This document shows, one piece after another, positions 1-9,451 of a DNA stretch of 64,000 bases. How positions within the stretch are numbered: the stretch's first letter is position 1; each line of letters starts with the position of its first letter. A program made the position numbers and the translations under genes. The notes under the pieces were generated by a model. That model searched no databases. It saw nothing but the letters and a program-made list of their open reading frames with translations, and was not told the origin of the DNA. This DNA comes from Methyloligellaceae bacterium. Its GTDB lineage: Bacteria; Pseudomonadota; Alphaproteobacteria; Rhizobiales; CBDHHC01. Location of the stretch: assembly GCA_050633205.1 (NCBI GenBank), contig JBOEGA010000010.1, positions 6,415-70,414 of the forward strand, in the 5' to 3' direction.

Positions 1-803
1 GCCAGATCTAAAGGTTCATTTCTCTCTATAGATTCATTTTTTTTCAGATGATCATTCATGCTAAATTCAGCCACCTTCTGAAGCGCCTCATCTTCAGTAT
101 GGGTTACAAGTTTGCGAAGCAGCGCCAAACGTAACGAGTTTGGGTCTGACTGAACTGCTCCAACGGCCTCCGCAGCCAGCAAAGTCATTAGCCGGCCAGA
201 TGATTCTATGTCTCTCGGACGATGCAGATTTCTGCTTGCAAGAAATAGTGCAAGCTTTTCAGGAACACGGGAACTTCCGGAATACCCCTGATATTTGGGA
301 GTATCGAAAGCTTTACCGATCGTATGGATTGCAAGAGCGTTTCTTACCTGAGAGATACCAGGTACTTCTGCTTTTATTGGCAGATCAAAGTAGTTTTTTA
401 CAATTGCAGCCCGCAAGCCTTCTGCGACTTTTAAAGAACGGAGAGTTCTTACCGTACGAGATTTTATTCCAAGTGATTTTGCGACAAGAAAAAGAGATTT
501 CAGGTCTTTCCAGTCTTTCGTTGGCAGTTTTGAAGCTCCTAAAAAGTTCAGGGCTCTCTTACTACCTTCAGATGTGGCGACATAACGTTCCCTGGAAATT
601 AAGTGGATGGACTTTTCTCCAATCAACTGTTCTAGAATTTCTGTCAGTGTGCGCCGCCATTCACCCTGGCTGAGGCGATGAGATACAAATAGCTGAAGAT
701 CGTTTTTCAGTTCTGCTGTTGTGCAGCCTGCTTCTCCGGTACATAGAATACGCAATACGGCAATCTGAGCAAGGCCTGATCGATCAAGCATTCCCGCAAC
801 CAT
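1..803 (-). CDS. hypothetical protein, N-terminal part only (gene runs off the left edge); the N-terminus looks winged-helix-like
   Basis: Absent from the supplied ORF track because it has no stop inside the window. Read by hand on the minus strand. ATG at 803-801 is preceded by GGAGGAGGAGG (complement of 810-820) with a 6-nt spacer. There is an in-frame stop upstream at 830-828. No TTA/CTA/TCA occurs in this frame on the plus strand from 800 down to 3, giving at least 267 open codons (MVAGMLDRSGLAQIAVLRILCTGEAGCTTAELKNDL...). It lies antisense to track ORF 140..673. Confidence 0.6.
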   Translation of the reverse strand, partial: MVAGMLDRSGLAQIAVLRILCTGEAGCTTAELKNDLQLFVSHRLSQGEWRRTLTEILEQLIGEKSIHLISRERYVATSEGSKRALNFLGASKLPTKDWKDLKSLFLVAKSLGIKSRTVRTLRSLKVAEGLRAAIVKNYFDLPIKAEVPGISQVRNALAIHTIGKAFDTPKYQGYSGSSRVPEKLALFLASRNLHRPRDIESSGRLMTLLAAEAVGAVQSDPNSLRLALLRKLVTHTEDEALQKVAEFSMNDHLKKNESIERNEPLDL

Positions 804-1280
804 TGCTTGCCTCCTCCTCCCAGCTAATCATAGATCCGCAATACCGTGTCTGCCTACACTTTCGTTACAGTTATACACCAAACAAAAACGGATATTTTAA
901 TCAGCCAAGTGTCCTTTAATGACATGCTTGTTATACGAGTTGGAAGATTGCACCTATTCCGACATATCAGCAATTTCCTAATCGCTTATTAATAAGCTGT
1001 ACAACCCAAGGTTATTTTCATGAATATGAGTCGCCCAGTGATTCGTTAATAACAAGTTTAAAGGCTAATGATGATGCAATGCTAGTGCGGTTTGAGAGAA
1101 GCGCAGATGTTTATTGTGATTAAATGGATTTTTCCAGAACTTTTAAAAGGCTGGAATCGTTTTTTATTTTGAAAAGCAAGTTTCTGTGCGAAAGAGTGCC
1201 CAGGTCATGCGAAAGGGTACAGGCCCGCGCAGGCTATTTCCTGCAGCGGCATCTTATACCCTTTTGCCAGACTATCTATA

Positions 1281-1541
1281 TTAATGAGGAAGAAACTTTT
1301 TTACTACTGCCGGAGGGTATGCCACCTTATCTTCTTCAGCTTCCATAGCGACCTCAATCGCCTTTTGCCGCATTACTCGCAGCTGTTCGGACACGTAAGA
1401 CAGATATTGAGCATACTGCTCTGTGATATGATCTCTGGATAGTTCCTCTCCAATCTGATCCAGCAAACAGATAAGCTCCGGTACCGTGAATTGCTCAGAC
1501 TGGGGTTTAAGCCTTATTTCCTTATTGTAATCTGGAAACAT
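1281..1541 (-). CDS. small acidic hypothetical protein (86 aa)
   Basis: Track ORF. AAGAGG lies 8 nt upstream of the ATG on the minus strand (complement of 1550-1555). I recognise no family. Confidence 0.5.
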   Translation of the reverse strand: MFPDYNKEIRLKPQSEQFTVPELICLLDQIGEELSRDHITEQYAQYLSYVSEQLRVMRQKAIEVAMEAEEDKVAYPPAVVKKFLPH

Positions 1542-1639
1542 TGTTATTGCCTCTTTAAGTTACGCATTACTAGTGACAGAGGAGACCGATGCACATCGAC
1601 CATACTTATTTATATCATAAGCTGTATGGCCATACATCA

Positions 1640-1677
1640 CTTTTAATATCCTTTTTTGCCTGCATCGATATTAAAAG
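1640..1677. promoter_or_regulatory. perfect 11-bp inverted repeat CTTTTAATATC-N16-GATATTAAAAG, with a 12-bp palindrome GTATGGCCATAC next to it at 1624-1635
   Basis: Read directly. It sits about 100-135 nt upstream of the 1541 start and downstream of the LuxR-family gene stop. No U-tract follows on either strand, so it is not a classic terminator. Confidence 0.3.
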
Positions 1678-1780
1678 CAATGGTTTCCTCTTTTATCCGC
1701 ATATGAGTAAGACGTTATCAATAAGTTTGCTATTTGAAAACTGTGGTATCTAATAGGTTGACTAAAAAAACACTTAACTT

Positions 1781-2521
1781 TCAATCAACCTTCATAGACT
1801 TCCCAACAAGACCAAGCATACAAGCCCTTGCTACAGCCTGTGTCCGGTTCTGCACGCCCAGCTTGTGGATAGCATTGGAAATATGAAACTGAACAGTCTG
1901 CTCGGCTCTATCCAGCGACTGAGCAATGCTTCGTGTGGTTTCGTGATGCAGACATAATTCAAGACATTCAAGCTCTCTTGGCGTCAGGATTTCCTGCAGC
2001 AGGTTATCGTCCTTGACCTTCTCTCCACCATCAAGTTTATGAAGAGCCAACCAGAACTGCATGCATTTTGCATTTATTATGGGAAGATCTTCACTTGATA
2101 TTTTTTCAGGATGATCACCAGACAGACATACCATAGCCTGCTCACCTTCCAGTGAAGGCAGCGGGATAGTCAACCCGGAAACAGCTCCAACCTTTTCAAA
2201 TTCTGCCATCATATGGTATTGCTCAGGTGTGAGTGCACCCTGACGTTCCATATCCAGCCAGAAAAATGGATGAGATGAATATCTTGTATATTCGAATATC
2301 GGGTTTATCTGCTCATTCTTATTGCCCAGATAGCAATTTGCCAGGCCTTCTTCCAGCTGTGCGACAGGCATTGCTGCAAGCCGCCCTGCTTTTGTGCGAA
2401 ACAGAACCACGTTTGTATAACCGTGGCTTTCCATGCTTCTTATAAATATCCGGACCAGCGAAGAGAAAGAATGAACGCATCCCGTACTTTGTGCAAATTC
2501 CTCAAAACTTTCTGTAGACAT
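1781..2521 (-). CDS. LuxR-family transcriptional regulator (autoinducer-binding-like N-domain plus C-terminal LuxR HTH)
   Basis: The C-terminus ILTPRELECLELCLHHETTRSIAQSLDRAEQTVQFHISNAIHKLGVQNRTQAV is a typical LuxR/FixJ HTH. The 246-aa length and the N-terminal PFFW and GLTIPL segments resemble the TraR/LuxR receptor fold. Confidence 0.8.
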   Translation of the reverse strand: MSTESFEEFAQSTGCVHSFSSLVRIFIRSMESHGYTNVVLFRTKAGRLAAMPVAQLEEGLANCYLGNKNEQINPIFEYTRYSSHPFFWLDMERQGALTPEQYHMMAEFEKVGAVSGLTIPLPSLEGEQAMVCLSGDHPEKISSEDLPIINAKCMQFWLALHKLDGGEKVKDDNLLQEILTPRELECLELCLHHETTRSIAQSLDRAEQTVQFHISNAIHKLGVQNRTQAVARACMLGLVGKSMKVD

Positions 2522-2982
2522 ATCGTACCCTTGTACTGAAATGACCTAGATCGTGACTCATGACTCAACGCCAGAAACTGCCTTAAATCCATTATTGCAA
2601 AATCTGCCTGATATAACTTATCGGCAAATTATTCTGTTGCAGCGGAATGAAGTTTTATCACCGCACTGCCAACCTCTCAGAAACATGCAAACCAAGACCC
2701 GTTAAATCGTTGCCAAATCTTATTGTTAATAATTTGTTCGTGCTAATAGCATACACTCATAAAGTGTAATTTACACGCGCTAATTACCGAAATGGTGATG
2801 CAACGATTATATATGGTTATATTGAAACAGAAAGTGCTGCACTGCACCAAATAGTAGAATATCGCTTTGCTGTTACATGGAAAACCGCACTTCCATTTCA
2901 CTGAAGCACTTTTACTTAACTTTTTTTTATTGTTTCAGACCTAGACAATCAATTTTACTAAATAGTCACAGAAGTACATGTT

Positions 2983-3630
2983 ATGAGTATGCGTTATATT
3001 TTATCATCCGGTTTCTTTGCATTATTAATACTTAACGGTTGTGGTGGGTCCAGCTCTCAGGTTGGTTTTTCATACGGCCCGGATGGTGCAGATAAAAACC
3101 TCAAGACCTCGACAATCTATAGTGATTCCGGGAGGAGAACATTTTCTTCTACCCAGCAGAGCACTCGCCTTGCTTCTCTGGATCACAATGTAAAAGTCAG
3201 TAAAAAAGTCGCTCCCCTAAATTCTATCGGCCCTATTTTAAATAAACTCTCGGCACGTAATGCTATTAATTCTTACAGGTCATCAAAAGGGCTTCGCCCC
3301 CTTAAGTTGAATCGAAAACTCGATAATGCTGCCTATCTGCATTCAATTGACATGTCCAGCAAGGACAAGGTTTTTCACGTAAGCACAGATGGCAGTGATC
3401 CCTGGGACCGGGTCGTCGCCCGAGGCTATACCCCTGAAATGGCAACAGAAAACATTGGTGCAGGCCAGAGTGATTTTAAATCCCTGCTAAAGTTATGGCA
3501 GGCAAGTGAGCAGCATAATATCAACCTGATACTTCCTGATGCAACTGACATGGGTATCGCTCTTGTTCATGATAAAAAAACCAAACTCAAAACCTTCTGG
3601 ACACTCATTATCGCAAAAAGAAAAAAATGA
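2983..3630 (+). CDS. CAP/SCP (YkwD-like) domain lipoprotein
   Basis: Signal peptide with lipobox LILNGC. The C-terminal half (AINSYRSSKGLRPLKLNRKLDNAAYLHSIDMS...ENIGAGQSDFKSLLKLWQASEQHNINLI) fits the CAP-domain pattern. Confidence 0.7.
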   Translation: MSMRYILSSGFFALLILNGCGGSSSQVGFSYGPDGADKNLKTSTIYSDSGRRTFSSTQQSTRLASLDHNVKVSKKVAPLNSIGPILNKLSARNAINSYRSSKGLRPLKLNRKLDNAAYLHSIDMSSKDKVFHVSTDGSDPWDRVVARGYTPEMATENIGAGQSDFKSLLKLWQASEQHNINLILPDATDMGIALVHDKKTKLKTFWTLIIAKRKK

Positions 3631-3662
3631 AATATCGCCACCACCTGATCCAAAACGTCGCA

Positions 3663-3690
3663 TTTATCCACTGAATAAGCTGTGGATAAA
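3663..3690. promoter_or_regulatory. 9-bp inverted repeat whose arms are DnaA-box-like (TTATCCACt on plus; a perfect TTATCCACA on minus at 3689-3681); alternatively a terminator hairpin for the CAP-domain gene
   Basis: TTTATCCAC-N10-GTGGATAAA read directly, 33 nt after the 3630 stop. No U-tract follows. Confidence 0.3.
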
Positions 3691-3874
3691 CCTGTTGACA
3701 GCCTTGATAAGAACAATTGAGCTTCCAAATTATTTCAATATTCGCCCTGCGCTATTCATAAAGTTTTCAGGATAGGAAGGTATGAGACACTATATGTTCT
3801 GGAAACTTCCCCCTGTCCGTGCGAAACAAGTTTCAATTTTTTGATGACCAATTACAGATAGAGCCGCTTATCTT

Positions 3875-4936
3875 ATGACAAAACCATTGCAGCCTGAAGC
3901 CTTTTTGCCTGACAGTCACCACACCCCCGAAGGACACCCCCGGGTTCTTTCCGGTAAAACAGGTATCCTTCTCGTCAATCTGGGAACCCCTGATGCAACA
4001 GATTACTGGTCCATGAGGCGATATCTAAAAGAGTTTCTGTCTGATGAGAGGGTTATCGAGACCAACAGAACGCTTTGGTGGTTCATTCTCAATTTCATTA
4101 TTCTAACAAAGCGCCCTTCTTCATCGGGAGAGGCCTACAAAAAAATATGGAATAACGAACTGGATGAATCTCCATTAAGGACAATTACCCGTTCGCAATC
4201 CAATAAAATTGCTGATGCCCTGAGTGGCCATCCGGAAATTATTGTTGACTGGGCGATGCGCTATGGCAATCCGCCGATAAAAAACAAACTTGAGCAACTC
4301 AAGGACAGGGGATGTGACAGAATACTTATATTCCCATTATATCCGCAATATTGTGCAGCAACGACAGCCACAGTTTATGATAAAGCTTTCGACGCCCTGA
4401 AAACGATGAGATGGCAACCGACTATTCGCGGTGTCCATTCCTATCATGATGATCAGGGCTATATATCAGCGCTTGCAACGACATTACAGGACTCTCTGGC
4501 AAAGCTTGATTTTGAACCGGAAGTTATTCTGGCGTCCTTTCATGGAATTCCAAAAGAGTATTTTGAAAAGGGTGACCCATACAGCTGCTATTGTGAAAAA
4601 ACAGTTCGCCTTCTCAGAGAGGCAACAGGACTTGGTGAAGATAAGCTCCGTCTTACATTTCAATCCAGATTTGGCAAGGCAGAGTGGATACAGCCCTATA
4701 CCGATAAAACTGTCGAGGCACTCGCCAAGGACGGAGTTAAAAATCTTGCAATCATAACACCTGGATTTGCAGCGGACTGCGTTGAAACCCTTGAAGAAAT
4801 TGCCATGGAAAATGGAGATATCTTTAAAGATAACGGCGGTGAGAATTTTGCTGCAATACCATGCTTAAATGACTCAGATGCGGGAATAAAAGCGCTGGTC
4901 AATATTATCAAAAGAGAACTTGGCGGGTGGATTTAA
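3875..4936 (+). CDS. hemH: ferrochelatase
   Basis: 353 aa. GILLVNLGTPD, YPQY and SFHGIPKEYFEKGDPY...QSRFG..WIQPYT are hallmark ferrochelatase segments. Confidence 0.93.
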   Translation: MTKPLQPEAFLPDSHHTPEGHPRVLSGKTGILLVNLGTPDATDYWSMRRYLKEFLSDERVIETNRTLWWFILNFIILTKRPSSSGEAYKKIWNNELDESPLRTITRSQSNKIADALSGHPEIIVDWAMRYGNPPIKNKLEQLKDRGCDRILIFPLYPQYCAATTATVYDKAFDALKTMRWQPTIRGVHSYHDDQGYISALATTLQDSLAKLDFEPEVILASFHGIPKEYFEKGDPYSCYCEKTVRLLREATGLGEDKLRLTFQSRFGKAEWIQPYTDKTVEALAKDGVKNLAIITPGFAADCVETLEEIAMENGDIFKDNGGENFAAIPCLNDSDAGIKALVNIIKRELGGWI

Positions 4937-4986
4937 GACCCTGCCAGGACAGATTACCATGAGACCCTCAGGAGGAACCAATAATT

Positions 4987-5604
4987 ATGACGGATACCGG
5001 GCGCATTGAGACTTCCCACATATTTACTCCATCTGCTGAACGCGCTTCGGAAAGACAACGACTCTTTGATATTATTTGTCAAAAGTCCCTGATTTCCGGA
5101 GAACCTATTACGCTTACGTCTGGTCGGATCTCTGATTATTACTTTAATACCAAGCCAACAATGATGGATGCAGAAGGCTCTTATCTTATAGCCAGTCTTA
5201 TGCTTGATATCATTAAAAGCACTCCTGCAACTCTGGCCGGAGGCCTGGAAATGGGCGCTGTTCCAATTGCAGCTTCGATTTCCGCAGTCAGCCATGCACA
5301 AAAACGGCCCGTTGATGCCTTCTTCATCAGAAAGCAGGCCAAGGAACATGGAACAAAAAGCCTTATAGAAGGGCTGCCACGCAATCAGGACATGAGCGGC
5401 AAGGATGTTGTTGTTGTTGAAGATGTAACAACAACAGGAGGTTCGTCCATCCGGGCTGCTCAAGCACTTCAGGAGAACGGCGCTACCGTGCATACTGTCA
5501 TTACTATTATTGACCGTCAGGAAGGTGCAGCCGAAGCCTTTAAAGATGCCGGTCTGAATTTCACAGCACTCTTTGGTGGCATTGAGTTTCGTGAGACCAA
5601 ATAA
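4987..5604 (+). CDS. pyrE: orotate phosphoribosyltransferase
   Basis: SD AGGAGG upstream. PRPP-binding loop VVVVEDVTTTGGS, and an N-terminal LTSGRISDYYFN motif typical of OPRTase. Confidence 0.88.
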   Translation: MTDTGRIETSHIFTPSAERASERQRLFDIICQKSLISGEPITLTSGRISDYYFNTKPTMMDAEGSYLIASLMLDIIKSTPATLAGGLEMGAVPIAASISAVSHAQKRPVDAFFIRKQAKEHGTKSLIEGLPRNQDMSGKDVVVVEDVTTTGGSSIRAAQALQENGATVHTVITIIDRQEGAAEAFKDAGLNFTALFGGIEFRETK

Positions 5605-5996
5605 ATAAATTAGCTGATCACAAGGTGCCTAAAGGATACTTCAGCCTCATTAAATAGATATGTACTGCCCTCAAATCTGTATCTTTGATGCACATATGTG
5701 TGGTATTTATAACATATCTATTGAAATGAGGTTGTTCAGGCGCGTTGATAACAACTATATTTTCCAACACAAGTCCACATGTGAGCAATTTACAACTCAA
5801 ATAATACCCAATCAGGGAATTTTTATTTTTACCCTATGTGTGGCAGTAAATTCATTGCAGTATGGTTAATATCGTGTTCAAGTCTCTCCAGTTGAGATAT
5901 GAAATGCATCGGAAGGGTACTGACACAGCATAAAGTTGTTCGTTAGATTCCGGGTGTTGCTGACTTTTAAAGGACGGACAATCAGGTGGGCCAAGT

Positions 5997-6614
5997 ATGA
6001 CAGATGCTCCATTAACTTACGCGTTGCTCGTCATGAATATCATAGTCAGTGGCTATGCTTTTTACATGGACAGAGGCCTGATTGAACGCTATTCGCTTCA
6101 TGTCGGAGCAGTGCTGCGTAATAAGGAATATTACCGCCTGATCACAAGCGGGTTCCTTCATGGTCATCCCTTTCATCTTCTCTTTAATATACTTACGCTC
6201 TATTATTTTGGATCCAATATTGAAGCTGCCATCGGCTCTTCTGGCTTTGGCATTGTCTATCTGGGATCACTGATAATATCCGGAGCGGTCGCTGTTTATA
6301 TCAAGCGATATAACTGGAATTATTCTGCTATTGGCGCATCAGGAGCTATTACGGGAATTGTATTTTCGTTCTGCCTCTTCTGGCCAACTGCAAAACTTTA
6401 TCTTCTCTTTATTCCTGTCGGAATCCCCGCAATCATTTTTGCAGCGATTTATACTGCCTATTCAATGTATGCCATGAATGACAGACAGACAGGAGGAGGG
6501 ATAGCTCATGAGGCACATCCTGGGGGGAGCGCCTGGTGGCGTTATCCTTACGATTTACCTTCAACCGCAAGCCGGGTTAAGTTTCCTGGGAAAACCCAGC
6601 TTGTAACGCAATAA
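5997..6614 (+). CDS. rhomboid-family intramembrane serine protease; the 3' end is probably frameshifted (the alternative frame ends at 6606)
   Basis: Multi-TM protein with GFLHGHPFHLLFN and the catalytic GASGAITG motif. After AHEAH (6507-6518) the track frame becomes hydrophilic (PGGSAWWRYPYD...). The +1 frame from 6520 reads LGGAPGGVILTIYLQPQAGLSFLGKPSL*, which restores the canonical H-x-GG-xxx-G sixth TM helix. Confidence 0.8.
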   Translation: MTDAPLTYALLVMNIIVSGYAFYMDRGLIERYSLHVGAVLRNKEYYRLITSGFLHGHPFHLLFNILTLYYFGSNIEAAIGSSGFGIVYLGSLIISGAVAVYIKRYNWNYSAIGASGAITGIVFSFCLFWPTAKLYLLFIPVGIPAIIFAAIYTAYSMYAMNDRQTGGGIAHEAHPGGSAWWRYPYDLPSTASRVKFPGKTQLVTQ

Positions 6615-6711
6615 AACAGAACAGAATGAGTGTACGCATTAAATTCTGCCACAACGACGCCTGATAACACCATAGGTCAATAACAGTAACAAAGAGACGT
6701 AGGGATATAAA

Positions 6712-7092
6712 ATGAAAAAATTTGTTGTTGCATCGGTACTTGCCGTTTTTGCTTTTACCCCAGCATTTGCTGATGATGATGCTATTAAAGCCGAGCTTGC
6801 TCTTGGCTGCTCAGAAAAAGAAGTTGCCAAAACAGTAGCAGCCGAGATGTCCAAATATGTCAACATGTTTACGAATAAGGATAAAGTTCAATTTACGGAA
6901 GATTGCGAAGTCTTTATCAAAGGTGATTCTGTGATCGTAACCGAACGCCCGGAAGACGGCCTCTTTGTGAAAGCCCAAAGACCGGCACAGATCAAGTCTT
7001 TCTGGATACCTGCATCTGCACTTATCGCAGAAGAAAAACCGGCAGAGCCTACAGAAGAGAAAAAAGAAGAGAAGCCTGCTGAAAAGAAATAA
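6712..7092 (+). CDS. small secreted protein with a Lys/Glu/Pro-rich tail
   Basis: Signal peptide MKKFVVASVLAVFAFTPAFA/DD. C-terminal EEKPAEPTEEKKEEKPAEKK. No family recognised. Confidence 0.6.
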   Translation: MKKFVVASVLAVFAFTPAFADDDAIKAELALGCSEKEVAKTVAAEMSKYVNMFTNKDKVQFTEDCEVFIKGDSVIVTERPEDGLFVKAQRPAQIKSFWIPASALIAEEKPAEPTEEKKEEKPAEKK

Positions 7093-7160
7093 TAAAAAAG
7101 AAGCCGCATAAAAAATCGGCCACACAATAATAATAAAAATACTAAGTCAAAAATAATTAA

Positions 7161-7194
7161 AGAGCGCACTCCAAAAAGGAATGCGCTCTTTTTT
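7161..7194. terminator. bidirectional rho-independent terminator between the 6712 gene and pckA
   Basis: AGAGCGCA (7161-7168) pairs with TGCGCTCT (7182-7189). A T-run follows at 7190-7194, and A/T-rich sequence precedes it for the opposite strand. Confidence 0.75.
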
Positions 7195-7215
7195 CATTTG
7201 ATCTGCTTATTCAGA

Positions 7216-8829
7216 TTATGCTGCAACGTCTTTGGAACGAGGCGCTGAATCAAGAACTTTATTATCTACGTAAGTTTCAAATTTTTCGAAGTTCTTTCTG
7301 AACATACGTACCAGCTCTTCAGCCTGAGAATCGTAATCTTCAGGGTTAGCCCAGGTATCACGCGGTGTCAGGATTTTGCTTTCAACGCCTTCTACAGCTG
7401 TTGGCACTTCAAATCCAAATACGCTGTCTGTTCTTGTCTCAACATTTTTGAGGGAACCATCAAGGGCAGCGTTTACGAGAGCTCTTGTTGCTTTAAGTGA
7501 AATACGGTGACCAACGCCATAAATGCCTGCTGTCCAGCCAGTATTTACCAACCAGCAGTCAACTCCGTGATCTGCGATCAACTGACGAAGCAGGTTGCCA
7601 TATACGCTCGGGTGCAATGGCATGAATGGAGCGCCAAAGCATGTTGAGAATGTTGCTTCCACACCGCTGACGCCTTTTTCAGTACCGGCGACTTTTGCTG
7701 TGTAACCAGACAGGAAGTGGTACATAGCCTGACTTGGTGTCAGTTTGGAGATAGGAGGCAATACACCAAATGCATCAGCAGTCAGCATAATGATATTTTT
7801 TGGATGACCGGATGTGCTTGTTTCGCTGGCATTTGGAATGAAATGCAACGGGTAAGCAGAACGTGTATTTTCAGTCAGCGAACCATCTTCGAAATCCGGA
7901 TCTCTTGTATCTTTATCAAGGATCACATTCTCAAGGATTGCACCGAAGCGATTGCTCGCCGCGTATATTTCAGGTTCCTGCTCTTCTGAAAGGCGAATTG
8001 TTTTTGCGTAACAGCCACCTTCAAAGTTATAGATGCCCTCTGAAGACCAGCCATGCTCATCGTCGCCCAACAGCACACGTTTAGCATCAGCCGAGAGTGT
8101 TGTTTTACCAGTCCCTGAAAGGCCAAAGAAAACAGCCGGATCACCATTGTCTCCAACATTTGCGGAGCAGTGCATCGGCATTACATTTTCTTGAGGGAGG
8201 TAGTAGTTCAGGTAAGAGAAGACAGATTTTTTAGTTTCGCCAGCGTATGATGTGCCACCTATCAGAACCAGCTTTCTTGTGTAGTCACAAGCTATTACTG
8301 TTTCTGTGCGAACACCGTGGCGTTCAGGATTGGCTTTAAAACTTGGCAGATTAACAATAGTAAATTCAGGTAGGAAACCCTGCAGCTCAGACAATTCGGG
8401 TCGGCGCAAAAGGTTACGGATAAAAATTGCGTGCCATGCATATTCAACGACAATACGGCAATGCAGCTTCAGCTTAGGATCTGCTCCGGCGTGAAGGTCC
8501 TGCACATACAGGGATTTATCTTCCGTATGGGCGATAAAGTCTTCAAGCAGATTATCAAAATGTTCCGGAGATAATGGTTTTGTATTATCCCACCAAACGC
8601 GATCTTCAGTATTCGCGTCCCGGACAACAAATTTGTCCTGTGCGGATCGTCCAGTGTGCAGTCCAGTCTGTACAACAAAAGCACCTGAAGACGAAACTTG
8701 CCCTTCGCCATTCTCAATTGCCTGCTCATACAGTTCTGCAGCGTTATTGTTTCTATGTAAAAGCTTAGTTTTGTCTAACGGAAACTGGAATGCCGTTGTT
8801 TCACGTTCCTCACCTGTTGAACTGTGCAA
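7216..8829 (-). CDS. pckA: phosphoenolpyruvate carboxykinase (ATP)
   Basis: 537 aa. Kinase-1a [11 protein letters not shown], plus DDEHGW and NFEGGCYAK motifs of ATP-dependent PEPCK. Divergent from chvI, as in Agrobacterium, Sinorhizobium and Brucella. Confidence 0.95.
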   Translation of the reverse strand: MHSSTGEERETTAFQFPLDKTKLLHRNNNAAELYEQAIENGEGQVSSSGAFVVQTGLHTGRSAQDKFVVRDANTEDRVWWDNTKPLSPEHFDNLLEDFIAHTEDKSLYVQDLHAGADPKLKLHCRIVVEYAWHAIFIRNLLRRPELSELQGFLPEFTIVNLPSFKANPERHGVRTETVIACDYTRKLVLIGGTSYAGETKKSVFSYLNYYLPQENVMPMHCSANVGDNGDPAVFFGLSGTGKTTLSADAKRVLLGDDEHGWSSEGIYNFEGGCYAKTIRLSEEQEPEIYAASNRFGAILENVILDKDTRDPDFEDGSLTENTRSAYPLHFIPNASETSTSGHPKNIIMLTADAFGVLPPISKLTPSQAMYHFLSGYTAKVAGTEKGVSGVEATFSTCFGAPFMPLHPSVYGNLLRQLIADHGVDCWLVNTGWTAGIYGVGHRISLKATRALVNAALDGSLKNVETRTDSVFGFEVPTAVEGVESKILTPRDTWANPEDYDSQAEELVRMFRKNFEKFETYVDNKVLDSAPRSKDVAA

Positions 8830-9451
8830 TTGTCAAACTCCGATTCTATGTATATGTACTAAAAAGGGCCGGTTTTAGAACCTGCAACACTCCTTATGCT
8901 ATCTTAATACCATATAAAAGCATATGAGCAGGTTTTGTGGATAAAAGTTAATTTTGTCTATTTTGCCAGCGCAAGCACAAATTCCGCCTGCAAAATATAA
9001 TTCTGCTTATCCCTCGAACTGAAATGTCAGGGCACATGTTATGACCACCTCAAGTTCAATTGACAATGCGGCGTTATGACGAAAGATAACGTCAAATACA
9101 AGCCCAATTTTATATTTGCTTCAAAAATAAAGACTTACGAAGAATACATAATGTCGCATACAAATAATTTCTGAGCATATATTCAGGGTTGTATAATAGC
9201 AATTTTGCTTACGGTTAATTGTATACTCGTAGCAAATCTCCTTATAATAATTTTGTACCAAAGAGTACCCAGAATCATTTTCATTTAGTTTACATGACTG
9301 GATAAAGATTTACAAAGTACGTGATTTTTCAAAAATATCACTTGGAAGTTGAGAAATAACAACATAATATTGACTATGCCATAATTATCCCATTTTGAGG
9401 CCATAAATCGCGACATTCAATGAATCTAAGTCGCAGAGGCGAAAAAAAGAA

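Noticed and set aside
140-673. Track ORF of 177 aa on the plus strand
   Set aside because: It starts at TTG without an SD. It lies fully antisense to a longer (at least 267 codons) minus-strand frame that has a strong GGAGGAGGAGG SD, so it is most likely a shadow ORF.
3600-3900. Chromosomal replication origin, because of the DnaA boxes near a heme gene
   Set aside because: There are only two boxes. I see no AT-rich unwinding repeats, and no CtrA or extra DnaA sites. The alphaproteobacterial origin is classically next to hemE, not hemH.
8830-9451. Specific ChvI binding sites in the 622-bp pckA<>chvI divergent region
   Set aside because: pckA is known to depend on ChvG/ChvI in Agrobacterium, so sites are expected here. 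I do not remember a reliable consensus, and I saw only trivial short direct repeats (TTTTGT), so I make no call.
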